Source: Candidatus Woesearchaeota archaeon (lineage in GTDB: Archaea > Nanobdellota > Nanobdellia > Nanobdellales > Nanobdellaceae). From it: a stretch of 7,423 nt of DNA. Position 1 is the stretch's first letter; every line of letters begins with the position of its first letter. The stretch spans positions 1-7,423 of the forward strand of contig CAYXSZ010000033.1 of the NCBI GenBank assembly GCA_964468425.1, given 5' to 3'. Shown piece by piece: positions 6,108-7,423 of this stretch. Position numbers and translations under genes: made by a program. The notes under the pieces were generated by a model. The model ran no database searches. It was not told the DNA's origin and worked only from the letters and a program-made list of their open reading frames with translations.

Positions 6108-6972
6108 AAAGGCTGGTAGGGTTGTAAGGGGTGCTTTGCAACTGGCAAAAAAACTCATTGACGAAGAAGTTAGCTATTTAGAAGTTGCAAACAAATTGGA
6201 ACAGTATATAATCGATAAGGGATGCTTTCCAGCGTTTCCAGTTAACATTTCAGTTAACGAGGTGGCAGCTCACTATATTCCAGATTTAAACGATACTTCG
6301 AAATTTAAACGAGGAGATGTTGTAAAAGTAGATGTAGGAGCACATTATGAGGGATGGATTGTTGATGCTGCAATTACAATCGAAGTAAACGATAACAAGT
6401 ATAAAGAGCTTATAGAAGCTTCCAAAAACGCTCTTGAAGCTGTTAGAAATGTCATACATAAAGGAATATCTATCTCCAATCTCGGAAGCGTTATAGAAAA
6501 CGAAATCAAGAAACTTGGCTTTAGCCCAATTTACAACCTTTGTGGACACAAGATTGAGCGATATGTACTCCACGCTGGCTTAAATATTCCAAATTACAAC
6601 ACAGGTTCAAATATTCGTTTGGATGAGGGGATATATGCCGTTGAACCTTTCGCGACAAATGGAGAAGGCTTCGTTAAAAATTCTAAACCTTCTAAATGTT
6701 ACCTAATCACCGAAACAAAGGTAAGGAATCCAAAACTTCAAAAGTTTATGAATGAGCTTTACTCTAAGTATAAAACGTTGCCCTTCGCTAAAAAATGGGT
6801 TGTTAAAGATTTTGGATCAAGGTATAATGTGGATCTTTATTTACTTATGCTAAAACAAGCAGGTTGTCTATACGAATTTCCGGTTTTGGTTGAAAAATCT
6901 GGAGGGATTGTATCTCAATGGGAAACAACGTTTTATGTGGGTAGTGATGTATATGATTTATTAAGAGAGTAG
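6091..6972 (+). CDS. map: Methionine aminopeptidase, type 2 (archaeal MetAP)
   Basis: The sequence shows the archaeal MetAP pattern: KAGRVVRGALQLAKKLI..., GCFPAFPVNISVNEVAAHYIP, GDVVKVDVGAHYEGWIVDAAITIEV, CGHKIERYVLHAG, YAVEPFATNGEG and QWETTFYV. The length of 293 aa is typical. The start overlaps the preceding gene by 17 nt. Confidence 0.92.
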   Translation: MKEELRKAGRVVRGALQLAKKLIDEEVSYLEVANKLEQYIIDKGCFPAFPVNISVNEVAAHYIPDLNDTSKFKRGDVVKVDVGAHYEGWIVDAAITIEVNDNKYKELIEASKNALEAVRNVIHKGISISNLGSVIENEIKKLGFSPIYNLCGHKIERYVLHAGLNIPNYNTGSNIRLDEGIYAVEPFATNGEGFVKNSKPSKCYLITETKVRNPKLQKFMNELYSKYKTLPFAKKWVVKDFGSRYNVDLYLLMLKQAGCLYEFPVLVEKSGGIVSQWETTFYVGSDVYDLLRE

Positions 6973-6975
6973 CTC

Positions 6976-7021
6976 TGTCGTGATGTCGTGAACTCGCAGA
7001 ATTTTTGTCGTTACGTCGTAT
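6976..7021 (+). repeat. Four phased GTCGT octamers in two tandem pairs (TGTCGTGA TGTCGTGA - 14 bp - TGTCGTTA CGTCGTAT)
   Basis: Read directly from the sequence: the octamers lie at 6976-6983, 6984-6991, 7006-7013 and 7014-7021. The two 16-mers match at 12 of 16 positions and start 30 bp apart. The array lies between the map stop (6972) and the histone BRE/TATA. Confidence 0.6.
7002..7006 (+). terminator. Oligo-T (T5) candidate terminator for the truA-cutA-map operon
   Basis: This is the first T5 run downstream of the map stop codon (6970-6972). It lies between the two octamer pairs. Confidence 0.3.
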
Positions 7022-7023
7022 CT

Positions 7024-7039
7024 CCAAAAACTTTTTATA
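7024..7039 (+). promoter_or_regulatory. Histone gene promoter (purine-rich BRE-like CCAAAAAC plus TATA box TTTTTATA), leaderless
   Basis: TTTTTATA (7032-7039) spans -30 to -23 relative to the A of the ATG at 7062. An A-rich BRE-like stretch lies immediately upstream. There is no Shine-Dalgarno sequence. Confidence 0.55.
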
Positions 7040-7061
7040 GTAGAGCGAACAAATAATAGCT

Positions 7062-7289
7062 ATGGCGAGAAGAACGACACCTTTGCCACAAGCTCCTCTC
7101 TACAGAATCTTGAGAAAAGTAGGAGCTAACAGAGTATCTGAGGAAGCTAAGAGGGAGTTTGTAGATGTGGTCGTAGACATCGCTGAGAGAATCGCTTCCA
7201 GAGCCGTAGAGCTCGCAAAGCACGCAAAGAGAAAGACCGTACAAGAGGAAGACGTAAAGCTCGCTAAAAAGGAAGTTATTGGCGCATAA
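7062..7289 (+). CDS. Archaeal histone (HMf family, single histone fold)
   Basis: The 75-aa protein contains LPQAPLYRILRKVGANRVSEEAKREFVDVVVDIAERIASRAVELAKHAKRKTVQEEDVKLAKK. This is colinear with HMfB-type histones (LPIAP..R..K.aGAeRVS....ia..A..lA.HAgRKT....D..LA). The stop codon is TAA and is followed by oligo-T runs. Confidence 0.9.
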   Translation: MARRTTPLPQAPLYRILRKVGANRVSEEAKREFVDVVVDIAERIASRAVELAKHAKRKTVQEEDVKLAKKEVIGA

Positions 7290-7310
7290 TTTTTTCTAAT
7301 TTTTTATTTT
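7290..7310 (+). terminator. Oligo-T terminator cluster for the histone gene (T6, T6, T4)
   Basis: The sequence TTTTTTCTAATTTTTTATTTT follows the TAA stop directly. Confidence 0.55.
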
Positions 7311-7423
7311 AGAGCTTTGCAAACACTTTACAATTATTTCTCATTCCACCAGATACCCTTTAAATGTTAATATTTTTGTTTCCTTTATGTGAAAAACTAG
7401 TTTAGTGTAGATCTATTTTATAA

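Noticed and set aside
6286-6573. 95-aa minus-strand ORF
   Set aside because: It is antisense to the MetAP gene and has no recognisable features.
6845-7027. 60-aa minus-strand ORF crossing the octamer repeats
   Set aside because: It starts in the intergenic repeat region and then runs antisense into the map 3' end. Its H/R/D-rich N-terminus is just the translated repeat. It has no promoter at the usual spacing.
6973-7061. C/D-box sRNA or other small RNA in the map-histone spacer
   Set aside because: GTGATGT (6980-6986) resembles a C box, but there is no CTGA D or D' box on either strand, no terminal stem and no second C'/D' pair.
7035-7244. 69-aa minus-strand ORF
   Set aside because: It is antisense to the histone gene, which has strong family-level support.
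7341-7356. TTCCACCAG resembling an origin recognition box (ORB), or a XerA dif site
   Set aside because: It lacks the TCCA-N-TGGA dyad of ORB elements, and there are no repeated copies or adjacent cdc6/orc1 gene. I cannot recall a dif consensus precisely enough to claim a match.

Overview
The window is a densely packed archaeal housekeeping locus, almost entirely coding, with 11 protein genes on both strands. Archaeal origin is supported by an HMf-type histone, a XerA-type tyrosine recombinase, a family-4 Fe-S uracil-DNA glycosylase, a type-2 methionine aminopeptidase and BRE/TATA-type promoters. The DNA looks AT-rich by eye (not computed). The proteins are K/E/I-rich, genes abut or overlap, and start codons sit about 26 bp downstream of TATA-like octamers with no Shine-Dalgarno. 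This points to a thermophilic archaeon with a streamlined genome and leaderless transcripts; I cannot assign a taxon from sequence alone. Gene order: AMMECR1 (partial, -), Hsp20 (+), XerA (-), agmatinase-family ureohydrolase (-), UDG family 4 (+), GGR-family flavoprotein (-), cis-prenyltransferase UppS (-), TruA (+), divergent CutA-like protein (+), MetAP type 2 (+), histone (+). I found no CRISPR array, transposon, tRNA/rRNA gene or recognisable defence system, and I do not claim a new multi-gene system here. The most unusual features are: (1) the GGR-family gene, translationally coupled to uppS, carries two in-frame stop codons (TGA and TAG, 6 nt apart) in an otherwise intact 349-codon frame; (2) four phased GTCGT octamers lie just upstream of the histone promoter; (3) the 33-36 bp divergent intergenic regions each hold two opposed TATA boxes, each about 26 bp from its own ATG; (4) a ureohydrolase and a CutA-like protein each keep the family fold signature but lack canonical motifs.
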